In this document: positions 13,294 to 27,788 of the stretch, piece after piece | Numbering within the stretch: the stretch's first letter is position 1 | Layout of the letters: every line of letters starts with the position of its first letter | Assembly (NCBI GenBank): GCA_964304625.1 | Contig: OZ199839.1 | Span: forward strand, 5,958,311 to 6,022,310 | Source of the DNA: Kudoa neothunni | Taxonomy: Eukaryota; Animalia; Cnidaria | Direction of reading: 5' to 3' | DNA length: 64,000 nt | Notes under the pieces: generated by a model | Database searches by the model: none | The model's input: only the letters and a program-made list of their open reading frames with translations | Told to the model about the DNA's origin: nothing | Program-made: the position numbers and the translations under genes

Positions 13294-14661
13294 ATGTTGG
13301 TTCTTTCAATTCTTCCTCTATTCTTAGCAACAATTTCTACGGGTATTTTCTTATTCGTGTAAAATAACTGAATATCACGGTTAAGAGAGAGCGTTGCCTA
13401 GTTACGATAAGGATGAAGGTCTAGCCCCAGTTTGGATGAATGATGCAGAAAAAGCAAAGGCTGTAGTTGAAAGATGGTACGTTGATAAAACTGACGCTAC
13501 CTGCAAACCTTTCAATTATCTTGGATCCCTCGGAAATTTTAATAATTTTGTCTCAAGAGCTGCTTGCAATAATCACCGTATAAATAAAATTCTCAAACAT
13601 TCTGTAATACCAATTTAGTTCGATTCACACCAGAAGAAAAGGCTGGTGCGTGTGCAGAGCCAAAACATGAAGGATCGTGTGAGCTGTCAGGTGATCAAGC
13701 TATGACTAGGTGGTACTTCAGCAAGGCTGCCGTTGGTGACGTAACGAATGCGTGCCATCAATTTAAATATAAAGGATGTGGTGGAAACGCGAACAACTTC
13801 AAATCTGAGAAGGAATGCAAACAAGCTTGTCAAAGTAGATCCATTTTTTAATTAATAAAAAAAGGATAACAAAATATTAATATAATTAATTAAGTTTCAT
13901 ATTAAATAGACACTGAAAACGGAGGTATAACTGATAGTCTTACAGCTGACAAATTGACACCTTTTCCAAACGAATTCGACTGCACTTTTAGAGCTGAAGT
14001 GAAAACCGCAACTCCAAAAATGGGAATTGTTCCCCATAAAGATGGAGATAGATGTGTTTATGCTGCTGTTGGAAGTGAAGCTAAGAGGGGATTTTTCAAT
14101 GATTTGCCATATTGCGTAAAATCATGCGTTAGTAATATAACGATGGTTGAGACTTCATTATTAACCATCTGTAGAAAATCTGAAACCAGCATGTAAAGCT
14201 GATGGTCCGCATCAAATACCCTCGGCATCGGAAGTTACAAGTGGTGTACATACATACTATTACTTTAATAAAACGAAAGCTCTATGTTTGCCTTTCATGT
14301 CAAATGCACCAGAGGGGGATACTAAGATTGATAATGGAGAATTGAATATATTCAGTTCTGTTGAGTTATGTGCAAGTTACTGCCCTGCAAGTACGTAAAA
14401 TTTACGATAATATGTTGATATATTTATCTAGTTGGTCATATCGGTCAATTAACAGCTGTTGAAGCTTGTACTCTTCCTAAAGCAGGCGAAAAAACTGCCA
14501 CCGACAAATATAAATTACAAAGATATTATTATAACCCTAATGCATCTGACGCAGGTAACAAATGTGAAGGGTTCTTTTTCAATGGTAAAGATTTGAACCT
14601 TAATAACTTTGCAAGCAAGACCGATTGCGAAGCAATTTGCAAAACACCTTTGACACCATAG
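13294..14661 (+). CDS. five-Kunitz secreted protein, copy K2
   Basis: Exons 13294-13342, 13386-13577, 13619-13834, 13910-14131, 14175-14390, 14432-14661. Same structure as K1, intact frame, ends CKTPLTP*. Confidence 0.92.
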
Positions 14662-15300
14662 CAGTCCTTGACTTGGATTCCGTATCTTGAGTTACAAGAG
14701 ATTATACCTACATTAGTATCAACATTAAATTTTGATTTTTATAAACAATAAACAAATGTATTTTTCGCCTTAATCATTAGGAAAAATATTTTCTTAACAT
14801 AAATACTGTTATCCACACAGATTTTGATCTAATAATGTGAATAAATAAGTTTTTATAACAAAATTAAACTGAAAAAATAATTTTTTTCACTTATTATATT
14901 GCGCTAATATTGTATTAGGCAAATCCCTCCACTTTGTATTTAACCCTCAATTGCGACACTCAATCTAGTCTTGGGTAACTTGTCTCATGATGCGATTTTT
15001 CCGAACCTAATACTGTCGCAATATTATATATCTGATGATCACAGAAAGTATTTTAATTTACATTAAGAATAATTTATAATAATAATAATAATATAACGAA
15101 AACTGAGATATATTTTAACGATAAAGTCATAAGTTCAACATCCCACTAACGGATTCTGTCTATAATAATTTAATTCTCAGATTATTTTTATTATTTAATT
15201 TAAATCATACTTAAGTATAAAAAAGTACCTTAATAAAGGATAGTTTTTATGTATCAAAAATTGTTGATAATCATATTTCGCAAGTGAATTTTATTCATAT
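14662..15300 (+). repeat. segmental duplication: downstream flank of K2, paralogous to 24968-25610 (downstream of K3)
   Basis: Colinear near-matches (e.g. AACTTGTCTCATGA...TTTTTCCGAACCTA...CTGATGATCACAGAA). Homology resumes after the Helitron at about 18000-18170 versus 25610-25770. Confidence 0.9.
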
Positions 15301-15302
15301 TA

Positions 15303-17988
15303 CTTGCATGAGCTGCCCAGCGTTGCTTTGGAACGATTTCGCATAAAGACTTTTCTTAATTACAATAAAAAATATACTAATGTTTCAAATTAACCTATAG
15401 AAGCATTAATACTAAAAAAAAAAGAATCATAATTAACGAATTGGATTTTGAAATTTAACTTCTGATCATTTCAGTGCAGGGATATTCTAATCCAGGCGTT
15501 CAAATAACGATTTCGTGGCCTGACACCAATGCTAAATAATTTAAGACCCGTGTCATATTTTTCTGCATTCCAAAATTATTTAAATTATCCAAAATAAATA
15601 TTTAAAACGTTATTTTTTAACGTGGGGTTTTACAAAGCCGATTCGATTCTTGCCCGACTCAAAAAGTTTTCTCCATAATTTTTGTGGACGAAAACAAATA
15701 TAGTGACAGAAAAAAATTTAGTAACATTGACTTTTATTACTCAAAAGAATATCTCTTGGAAAGGCACAAACATGAGTGCACTCTTTATCAAAAACACTTA
15801 CAAATCGCGTTAATATCAACTTAATTATTTTAAATAATAAGAGGTAATAAAAATAAACCGCCTGCATTGAATTAAATCATTGAAAATTCAATTTTTCGAA
15901 TGATCACAACTAAATTTACGGACATTTGCTTGTAGACAATATATGACCTTGATAATCGAAATTATGCTGTAAACAAAACTATTCCGCAACCTAACACATT
16001 ATAACTTGCTGTGCTTTTGAATTATTTTTTGAAACAAATCAAATCCTGAAGTTAAAAAATTTGAAGATATACGCCTAATAATTATAAGAAATAAAATGCA
16101 TAAAATTACAAATTTCGACATCTATATGAATAACATCCATATTACTTTTTTCGGATAATTATACGAAGGACCCATATTTGATTTTAAACGGACGCCTGTG
16201 GGCGGGAAATTAAGGGTTCGCTATGTTAATAAGATTTTTAAACTTTAAAATCAATCTATCCATTCTTCTTCAGACAAACACCACTTATTTCAAAAAATAA
16301 ATAAACCGTAGATAAAAAATTATGATTTAATCAATCATGTGCACGTGATTTTAGCTTGAAAATGTTCAGTAATGATTATAAGTTAATCGATTTTCTCAAG
16401 GAAATGCTCTCAATTATAGATGAACATAATATTCAATCGTTTTGGAATAAGTTTTTTATTTAACCGTTTTCAAATTAATGAAAACTTTGTAAAAATATCA
16501 GTTGGATAGAATAAACCATTAGTTTCTTATTTACTGACAGACTAACGCTTAATGAAGAAGGAGTGCCCTTTTATTGATAATAGTTGATCCAGATTTTAAA
16601 ACTATCGGTAGCACGAATGAGTCATATTTCTATATAATTTTCATATCATTATGAATAAATGTTGACAAAATAGATTCTAAATATTTATTTAATGAATACT
16701 TTTCAAGTCAGGAGTTAGAACATAATTAGTTGTTTTATGAATGAATTTTACTTAAAAAATTATTTAACAAAGGTTCGAAAATCATTACAATGATTTGAAC
16801 TGTTTTACTCTATGAAATCTTTGGTATTTTATAAAATTGGTAAAACATGTTCGTATAATAAATATAATCTTAACTTTATGCAATCGACACGATAAATAAG
16901 AAATTGGAACAATACTGGAATTTCTGTAGAATACGATTGATTTTTAAACGTTTGTCATAAAAATTAAACTATTTAAAAACTATACAGAACATTATAAATT
17001 TATTTATTATGCATATAGGCCTATCAAATCATTTCTTTATGGCAATTACGTGAAATCTCAAAATATGTGTCTCAATGAAAATAATGATAATTTTCTCTTC
17101 CAATAATATATGTACTGTTTTAGAAAAGGGAATAAATATATCGAAAATCAATAAACACCACAAATTTTAAGGGATTTGCGACATTACACTCTGTAATAAA
17201 TATCGCGCTAATGGTTTCATGTGTCGTAAAATTTTTCCTAACGACATACTTATCAATTTTAAAACATTGTATACCTTTATTAACAGATTTTCTTGACATG
17301 CACATATATTAGGGGTTCATTTTAGATAACCTTCATCCTGGTATAATTTAATATCAATCATAAACAGATTATTTTCAATCTACTCTTTGTGTAAAGCATC
17401 AGTAAATTCCTTACTTCGGTCGAAAATATTGATTACTCGAACGATCTTAAGTGAATAGATGAATGTTTTGGAACGTTATTATTTTTTCAAATGTACAACA
17501 AAAGTTGTATAAAAAAATTAAGTATAATATGATATATGAGATTACATATATTTCATATATTAGCGATTATTTAAAATTCTAAACCATACGTCATATAAGC
17601 GCTGTTTCATTTCTTAAATGCTACCTGATACCTTGATTTAAACGTTTAACATTTATATCACCTTGGTTACCTAAGAATTTCAATATCAATCCTGGCGAAG
17701 TTAATAATTTTTATGTTGACAAACAATGTAATTCTCTTGACAATCCACTAATAAATCCTTTTAATCGAATTTGCCTCCGTATAAAAACATAAAATTGACT
17801 GTATATCAGTTATAAACAATGAAAATATATATTTAATTAGTTAAATTTCCAGGACACAGCGGTTAGATCATGCTTGTATGGTCTCACAAGTTTCAACAAA
17901 TGTCCCTGTAAGAAAATAGATTTTTCCGCCCATGCACACTCCCTGTGGTACATAGACACACAGACACTTCAGCCTTATATATAGTAGA
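15303..17988 (-). mobile_element. non-autonomous/decayed Helitron (copy A)
   Basis: Minus-strand 5' end TCTACTATATATAAGGCTGAAGTGTCTGTGTGTCT; GC-rich imperfect hairpin CCCAGCGTTGCTTTGG near the other end; no TSD. Absent from the paralogous flank at about 25610 (empty site). Both ends are homologous to 55342-56440. Confidence 0.75.
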
Positions 17989-18984
17989 TAGTAGATATAT
18001 GATTATAAATAAACTTTCATAAAATTTTAATTGATTATAATAATTATTTCATTAGTTGCAACCTTGACACTTCTCATTTAGTTTATATGTTTGATTAATA
18101 TAGATATTTCTACGCAATTTAATCACAAAATATCACCAAAAAAGTAAATTTTAAAAATGTACTTAAACTAATTTCGCAATATTGGTAAATTATAAAAATT
18201 TTTATCCAAATTCTGGTCCAATAAATATTAATTGTTATTTATGCAATAAAAGAAAATATGTTTCAATTATTTTATTTTAACTTTATTAATAATACATGAT
18301 TGTACATTCGTAGAGAATATATTCTTGATTAAATTTCAATTTCCATAGTTAACGTTCATGATGCTTAGGAAGAATTATCAAAACGTATCTATAAAGAAAG
18401 ACATTGTTTAATACTAATTATTAAAGTCACCAGTAAAATATTTAGCTTCAAATATTATGTTTAAAAGGCATTAATGGAATAATTATTTGTATTTAAAAAT
18501 AATTTTGAGTGATCAGCGATATCTATGAACAAATAAATAAAAAGAAATGGTGATTAGTTGAATCAGTATATTTTAGCTTAATGTAGATATTTCAACAGTC
18601 AGCGAAGCGACAACAACACCAGACCTGGTTGGATTTTGGAAATTCTCAAAATTTGCTTTTGAAATTTATCAGTCTATTTTAATCTAAGAAATATATTTGG
18701 TAAGCTCAAATTGTATTTAAATTTGACATCAAACATTAAGCAGATAATTGGATTGAAAGCAAGAATAATTTAGATCGATATGTCCCAAAATGCTTGAAAA
18801 CTCAAGATCAGTGTTTTGCTTCATTAAAACAAATACTTACTACAGTTTTTTATAAGTATATAGCTTAAATATGCCATGTGGGAAATCCTTTAAATATCAC
18901 TTTATTCATTATAAGCGAGTATCCATTGTTAGAAATTTCATACACTTAACAAACCAAATTACGTTAAAGTTATTGACCTATTTG

Positions 18985-19011
<27 letters not shown>
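18985..19011. repeat. (AT)n microsatellite (shorter ones near 3903, 4634, 32750)
   Basis: Direct reading. Confidence 0.9.
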
Positions 19012-19016
<5 letters not shown>

Positions 19017-22000
19017 TTCGAAAGTGGAAAAAATTTTGTCTTATTCCAGACAAACTTCCAGGTCGATCTGATCTAATAATAGTTTCACATACAAAACTAG
19101 TTCATTAAGTAGATGAAGTTTATATAAAAACCTTCGTATGCCCCAAGATTAAAATGAGGCGAAAAGTCGTCTGATAATTGTTTGAGCAAAATATTTTAGC
19201 AATAATTTCCACGGGATAAAATATTGTTCAGTTTTACCAGTTAACTGTTCCATTTGATAGTTTTATCACAAGAAGTTCTTCGACTCAACTGTAGGAAATC
19301 CAAAACCAAGAAAATATTTTAGATTATTCCAAAAATTATGCTAATAATATATCTTATTTAATTTAAGAGTTGACAATAAATACAAGAATAATAAATATCT
19401 TGATGGTGCCAATGATATTGATACGCTATTTCCTCTAATACTCAGGAACAGAACAACGATTAAAATTATCACTACCCTGAAACTAAAAATCCCCACTTTT
19501 ATTAGCTCTGAACTCTGAACAATAGCTTATACATGTAATGCAACATTTGAATATTATTTTTATCTTCCGAAAATTAAGTACCTTCACGATTAAGGTGTAT
19601 ATTTGTTTATGTTCTCTAAAATACGATTATTGACTAGAAGATCTAAGGTAAAACAATTATCTTTTGATTTGAATATTAGCATATATAGAGCATATAGTTT
19701 GTTTCAAAAATATTCCAAGTTTATTTAGTAGAGACATTTTAATTAAATTTATGAAGAATTTTGATAGTTAATGAAGAAATATTCTTATCATTTGAATTAT
19801 GAGTCCCAATGTAAAAAACACATAGCTTAACTAATTGATTAATTACTCGTTATATTCAAACTCTTTGATTTAGAAACACTTAGTGGGTTATAAAATTTTT
19901 TTAAAATACCTATGAATTTTTTAACTGCGGCGAACATTGATGGAAACATATTTTCTCAATTTTAATTTTTGGGAACAAAATTTTTCATAATTGTAGTTTG
20001 GATTCAGTTTTATCTATAATTCTGTTCTTAATTCCATTGAATAAGTTTGAAAACTTAAAAAATGTTTGTTAATTTACACTGCATGAGATAAGACGTAGGG
20101 TTTATTTAGAGATTTTTATAATAAGAAATTTCTATAATTAAATAATAAATAAACATAAAATTTTGTCAAACTTTATTTTATCATGTTTTGGTTATTATGA
20201 TGGCTTTATAGTTTTATTAATAATTCAAACATGAGTAAAATATACTAGGAAGTTTTTGAAAAACTTAGTTTTTATGTCAATTCTATCAATTTAATCCAAT
20301 TTATAAAATATTCATGCAATTTCTACACCGAAGAATTTCTAATACTCATTCGATATATATACATATATTTTAAAGTAATAATTTCTCGATTGAATTGACC
20401 TTTGGAAATATTCTTACCTTGTTTGATTATTTAAGCTATTAATTTATTAATTGAATATAATTTTTTGAATTGAAATTTATTAAAATTCATTTCTTAAATA
20501 TTTAAATTAAAATATACATATATAAAATAATTAATGAATAACTTATTGAACGTGAAATATTGACCGAGTTGAGAATTATTTTTTTATAACTGAATTTATA
20601 AAGTATGTTAGTAAATTAAAATATAATCCATGTAAGGTAACACCGTTAATTTACATATAAATACATCAAATTTTTTAATCTATTACGTATTTAAGATTTC
20701 CAAATATAATTAATTGTATTTACAATAAAATACAAATTTTACAATTCGTTGTGTTATCAATAAACACTAATGTTCAAAATATTTCCCCGCAATTATTAAA
20801 AAATCATGTCTAAATAATGTTACACATTTACGTCGAGTACTAGAATGGTATGAACTTTTGTTGTGCCAATTTTTAAGCAATAATAAGATAAAAATCTATT
20901 AGATCTAATATTTTAGTTGTTGATGTGTGTGCATGAAATTTTTGTTCATAAGAAATCACCATAAATAACATTTTGCATTGCATTAGGAATTCGGCGCGAA
21001 ATATTTCAATCGTTTCTAAATGTCTTTATGAACATTTATCTCTTCATATATTCTTATATTTGGTTAAGATGAATTTACTAGATTCCAAACTAATTTACTG
21101 CAAACTTAGTATGTTCATGGATTATTTAAATAATAAACAAGATAAATGACAATAATCATTATTAGTATCTTAGAATTTAATTTTTATCGCTTATAACTAT
21201 TAGATTTCCATTCCATAAACAATTTGTCAAATTAAATTCTGATTTTAAACTAATAATTTTCCCTTGATATACGAAAATTTAAGAATTAAATTTGAAATAA
21301 CATTTTGTACATTTTACTTAATAATTATTGCTCAATATATGTAAGGAAATATTTTCTCAACGGATTGGGAATGACATTCGTAACAATATTTTGATTGGAA
21401 ATATCATACTTTTTATTTTAATAAAAATATAAAAATCCTATAAAAAATTAAAGAATTCTGTTCGCTCATAGGTGTGACATTTAGGAAAAGCGGATAATTT
21501 TATATTGGCTTCTAAAGATAAATAACATAATTTATACATTTTATAATGGTTTTCTAGTAAAAGATTTTGAAAATATAAATGTTTCATAGTATTGACATTT
21601 CGATATTATACTATATATCAATTCTGACCAAAAGTAGTCAATGTGACTCCACAAATCCCTTTAATATAGTTGAAAATTGCACACAAACAATGTTGACTAT
21701 ATTTCTGTTAATAATCAAATTATTTTAAACAAATTTTGAACTATATTAATTTAAATCGATATAACTAAAATCTTTATTTATTTAATATATTATCACGCAC
21801 TTAAAAATTAAAGAAAAATAATTTCTCGTAAATTGACAACGTATCAAAACCAACCAGTAAAACATCATCTAGTCAACATATTTATATCGTTACTGAAATC
21901 AGGTTATAATGATTTATTTAAAACTTTTCAATTAAATATTTTACTTAATTCTATGCTTTACGAATAAATTCCATAACATGACGTGAGTATCATTCCATGA

Positions 22001-22364
22001 TCTAATTAATGTTGTGTTTGAAGAGAATTCGCGCAATATTTATTCGGATTAATTAAAAAAAACGTCATCAATTTTCGAGATATCATTTTGTCCATAAAAT
22101 ATTAAACAATCCAAAATATTATTATATATTTTATAAATAAATATAACTTTCATTAAAAAATATCCACAATATTGAAAATTTGAGACTATAAAATTTATGA
22201 TTACATTTATTAGACGTTTATTTAAATCACATTTCCTATGTCATGAAAACCCTCTATATTAACAAGATTCTTTTGAAGGGATAATTAAATAAGCTAAAAT
22301 AATCCCAGCATCAACACAGGATCTAACGAAAACTGCATACAACTGCTTCAATAACAAGCCGCAG

Positions 22365-23604
22365 TCATAAAACTTCAATTTGTTATTCAAGAGAGTAATA
22401 TCATAAAATATAAAATCCTTAGAAATAAAAAAATTATTATCATTTGGGCTTGTTAATACATAAAATAAAAGATTATATAATGAAATTATAAAGAAATCAG
22501 AAATTAGGAATATTTTTCTCGAATGAATCTAAGAAAAATGATGAGTTAATCTTTTGCGTGTACTTTCCAAGTGTCTTTTACATTAATTCAAAAATATTTT
22601 AAAAAGCTTTGTATTGTACATGGAGAACTATTTGAAATGTCGTAATTTTAAATGAAAACAAAATCTAAAGTATCACAAAAAACTAATTGCATATTCTGAA
22701 GCAAATATTGGGTTTGAATTAGTTTAAAAAAGAAAAATGGAACTGGATTCGCTCGACGCAATGCTTTAAAAAATGTTGAATTTAATAAGCATTTAGCGTA
22801 GTATTCATTTAAAAATGTGCCTATATCGAATAACTATAAGAAATTGTTCAAGAAACTTACGTATAACAGATGAGAATATGAAACGTTCCTTATACGCTTA
22901 TCTTCATTTCATATTCCTCTTCATTCTTATTTAAAAACCTAGTAAAAACTAAATTAAATATCTGGTGTTGTTTTTAAATTAACTTAGGTGAATTGATCCA
23001 TTATTTTGAACTACATTTTATACATTATAATTCAGATGCTTTCACTAAATATAATTATTTAGGATTAAATTATTTCATTTAAAAAATTTGTTATACCCAG
23101 AGCTTAGTATGGCACGATAAAAATTGTGGCTCATGCTCGAAAAATATAAATAAATAAAACGAATTATATTTTACAAACGATATTAAAAAATAAAATAGAT
23201 TAGTAGCAAAATTCAACGTTTTCGGCATTAATATATACAATCGAAAATAAACTTAACTAAAATTAAAAAAACATAATTTTTTAAAATGTATAGACAGTTC
23301 TAATTTTAGTCATGTATTCAGTTGTCAACCTACGTCCTCATCCTTATCCTTATAAAGGAAAAATTATAATATATATGAAATAGTGTACTATGCACATTGT
23401 ATCATTGTGATATGCATAAATTAAGGCCTTTCTCACGTAATACAATCGTCATTTTATTGTCGGCTATACAAAATCTCTAATTCCCCCAATCAATTGGGTT
23501 TAAAAAACTCCGTGAATAAAGATTAATCCTAAATCTTAATGTAATTCTCGACTGTTATTCATGTTGAATACTTATTAAAAGTTCTGCTATTAAAAATAAT
23601 CAGT
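22365..23604 (+). repeat. recent segmental duplication: upstream flank of K3, paralogous to 26545-27788 (upstream of K4)
   Basis: Long near-identical tracts from TCATAAAACTTCA.TTTGTTATTCAAGAGAGTAATA to GTTCTGCTATTAAAAATAATCAGTATG. Confidence 0.93.
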
Positions 23605-24967
23605 ATGTTGGTATTTTCAATCCTCTTCCTATTCTTAGCATCAGTTTCTACGGGTATTTTTTCGTTAATGTAAAATAACTAGATTTCTTGGTTAGAAAGA
23701 GCGTTGCCCAGTTACGATAAGGATGAAGGTCTAGCCCCAGTTTGGATGAATGCCGCAGAACAAGCCAAGGCTGTAGTTGAAAGATGGTACGTTGATAAAA
23801 TTGATGCTACCTGCAAACCTTTCAATTATCTTGGATCCCTCGGAAATTTTAATAATTTTGTCTCAAGAGCTGCTTGCAATAATCACCGTATAAATAAAAT
23901 TCTCAAACATTCTGTAATACTAATTTAGTTCGATTCACACCAGAAGAAAAGGCTGGTGCATGTGCAGAGCAAAAACATGAAGGATCGTGTGAGCTGTCAG
24001 GTGATAAAGCTTTGACCAGGTGGTACTTCAGTACGAGTGCTGTTAATAGTAAAGAAAATGCCTGCCACGAATTTAAATATAAAGGATGCGGTGGAAACGC
24101 GAACAACTTCAAATCTGAGAAGGAATGCAAACAAGCTTGTCAAAGTAAATCCATTTTTAATTAATTAAAAAAGGAGAATAAAATACTGATATAATTAATT
24201 AAATTTCATATTAAACAGACACTGAAAACGGAGGTATAACTGGTACTCTTTCAGCTGACAAACTGACACCTTTTCCAAACGAATTCGACTGCACTTTTAG
24301 GGCTGAAGTGAAAACCGCAACTCCAAAAATGGGAATTGTTCCCCATAAAGATGGAGATAGATGTGTTTATGCTGCTGTTGGAAGTGAAGCTAAGAGGGGA
24401 TTTTTCAATGATTTGCCATATTGCGTAAAATCATGCGTTAGTAATATAACGATGGTTGAGACTTCATTATTAACCATCTGTAGAAAATCTGAAACCAGCA
24501 TGTAAAGCTGATGGTCCGCATCAAATACCCTCGGCATCGGAAGTTACAAGTGGTGTACATACATACTATTACTTTAATAAAACGAAAGCTCTATGTTTGC
24601 CTTTCATGTCAAAAGCACCAGAGGGGGATACTAAGATTGATAATGGAGAATTGAATATATTCAGTTCTGTTGAGTTATGTGCAAGTTACTGCCCTGCAAG
24701 TACGTAAAATTTACGATAATATATTGATATATTTATCTAGTTGGTCATATCGGTCAATTAACAGCTGTTGAAGCTTGTACTCTTCCTAAAGCAGGCGAAA
24801 AAACTGCCACCGACAATTATAAGCTATCAAGACACTATTATGATTATAAGGAAACTGGGGATGATAAATGCAAGGCATTTGATTTCAACGGTAAAGATTT
24901 GAACCTTAATAACTTTGCAAGCAAGACCGATTGCGAAGCAATTTGCAAAACACCTTTGACACCATAG
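23605..24967 (+). CDS. five-Kunitz secreted protein, copy K3
   Basis: Exons 23605-23653, 23696-23887, 23929-24144, 24219-24440, 24484-24699, 24741-24967; intact frame. Confidence 0.92.
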
Positions 24968-25989
24968 CAGTCCTTGACTTGGATTCCATACTCTATGTGA
25001 TAAGAAATTAAATTCACATTAGTATCAAAATTAAATTTTGATTTTTATGAACAATAAACAAATGTATTTTTTACCCCTTAATTATTAGGATAAATATTTA
25101 AGTCACATAAACACTAACTTATCCTCACAGATTTTGATATACTAATGTTAATAAATAAGGATTTTTAACAAAATTAAATCGCAAAAAGTATTGTTTATAC
25201 GTTTTATATTGTTGTAATATTGAATGAGGCAAATCTCCTCTGCTTTTTATTTAACCCTCAATGGAGACACTCATTCTTGGCTGGTGTAACTTGTCTCATG
25301 ATTCGATTTTTCCGAACCTATTACTGTCGCAATATTATATATCTGATGATCACAGAATGTATTTTAATTTATATGAAGAATAATTTATAATAATAATAAT
25401 AATCTAACAAAAACTGAGATATATTTTAACGATTAAGACAACTTCAACATCCCACTCATGGATTCTGTCTGTAATCATTTAATTCTCAGATAATGTTTAT
25501 TATTCGATTTCAATTATATTAAGATATCAAAAAAGAATCATAATAAAGGATAGTTTTTATTTATCAAAAATTATCGATAATCATAACTCTCAAATAAATT
25601 ATGTTCTTATTATCAATATACTTTTCTAAAATTTTAATTGAGTTATTATTATTTTATTAATTGCAACCTGGACATTTCTCAATTAGTTTATATGTTTAAT
25701 TTATACCAATATTTCTGCGCATCATAATCGCAAAATGTCTCCTAGAAAGTAAATTTTAAAAATATAGTTAATATATCTATGAAAATTTTAATTCAAGTAA
25801 ATCTATCTGGATTGTATGATTTATATCCAATAAAGAAGAAAATTTTAAAAAATTTCAATAGAAAGATTTCGACACTAAAATCACGAGACTTTTTGACAAA
25901 ATTTAATAACATTTCCTTAATTTAACTCTATGTTACATGTGTTTTAACAAAGTTTGTTCGTAGGAATAATCATCAAACTTAAGCTCTAG

Positions 25990-26103
25990 AAAATCGTATT
26001 TTACCTTGGACGAGCGCGCATAAAACTGGATATTACGTAAAAACTTTTTATTGCGTGGTTATTTTCTGGTCCCAAAAACCTACGCAATAACCAATCTCGA
26101 CTG
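25990..26103 (+). mobile_element. right end of a Tigger/pogo-like element
   Basis: TTATTGCGT...GGTCCC...ACGCAATAA...TCTCGACTG|TA: same layout (internal inverted motif, GTCCC, CGACTG+TA) as the terminus at 391-473. Confidence 0.5.
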
Positions 26104-27788
26104 TATATCACAAATATTATTGATTTTCTTCCAAAAGCATATTAACTAAGAATGAATTCACATAAACATTTAATATTGTAGACGAAATTTATAAATTTAC
26201 AGTTTTATATGGTTAATTAAATTTTTGATAAAGTCGCTGTGGATTTATAAAATGATTTCAATGGAACTCTTTATAAGTTTTTATTCGATATAGTTTATTT
26301 CAATGATATTTTTCTTGAATACGTCACATACAGTATAAAAGCATGTTTTTATCTTTATCATTTTAATTCTATGTACAAATTAAATTTTGTGATTTCATCT
26401 ATAGTTCTTAGCTTCTACATTAAAAACATTACTTAACATCAATTAAATATTGTACTTCATGTATTATTACATTCTTTTGATGTTAAAAATCTTTTATTAC
26501 AATAATCAATGATTCCGTTAAAAAATAATTCAAGAATATAGAGATCATAAAACTTCATTTTGTTATTCAAGAGAGTAATATCATAAAATATAAATCCTAA
26601 GAAATAAAAAAATTATTATCATTTGGGTTGTTTAATACATGAAATAAAAGATTATATAATGAAATTATAAAGAAATCAGAAATTAGGAATATTTTTCTCG
26701 AATGAATCAAGGAAGAATAATGAGTTAATCTTTTGCGTGTACTTTCCAAGTGTCTTTTACATTAAGTCAAAAATATTTTAAAAAGCTTTGTATTGTACAT
26801 GGAGAAATATTTGAAATGTCGTATTTTTAAATGAAAACAAAATCTAAAGTATCACAAAAACTAATTGCGCATATTCTGAAGCAAATATTAAGTTTTAATT
26901 AGCTTAAAAAAGAAAAATGGAACTGGATTCTCTCGACGCAATGCTTTAAACAATGTTGAATTTAATAAGCATTTAGCGCAGTATTCATTTAAGAATGTGC
27001 CTATATCGAATAACTATAAGAAATTGTTCAAGATACTTACGTATAACAGATGAGAATATGAAACGTTCCTTAATTTTTTTGCTTCATTTTATTTTCCTCT
27101 TTATTCTTATTTAAAAACCTGGAAAAACTAAATTAAATATCTGATGTTGTGTTTAAATTAACTTCGGCGAATTTATCCATTATTTTGAACTACATTTTAT
27201 ACATTATAATTCAGATGCTTTCACTAAATATAATTATTTAGGATTAAATTATTTCATTTAAAAAATTTGTTGATACCCAGAGCTTAGTATGGCACGATAA
27301 AAATTGTGGCTCATGCTCGAAAAATATAAATAAATAAAACAAATTATATTTTACAAACGATATTAAACAATAAAATGGATTAGTAGCAAAATTCAACGTT
27401 TTCGGCATTAATATATACAATCGAAAATAAACTTAACTAAAATTAAAAAAACATAATTTTTTAAAATGTATAGACAGTTCTAATTTTAGTCATGTATTCA
27501 GTTGTCAACCTACGTCCTCATCCTTATCCTTATCCTTATAAAGGAAAGATTATTATATATATAATAATGTAGAAAGGGCATTATATCAATGATATGTATA
27601 ACTTATGACCCTGCTTACGTAATACAATCTTCATTTTAGTGTCGGCTATATAAAATCTCTAATTCTCCCAATCAATTGAGTTTAAAAAAACTACGTGAAT
27701 AAAGATTATGTCTAAATCTGAATGTAATTTAACGACTGTTATTCGTGTTGAATACTTATTAAAAGTTCTGCTATTAAAAATAATCAGT

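Noticed and set aside
18620-19070. GACCTGG / CCAGGTC inverted pair as a possible MITE, and the 66-aa ORF at 18871
   Set aside because: Match too short and no TSD; the ORF runs through an (AT)n microsatellite.
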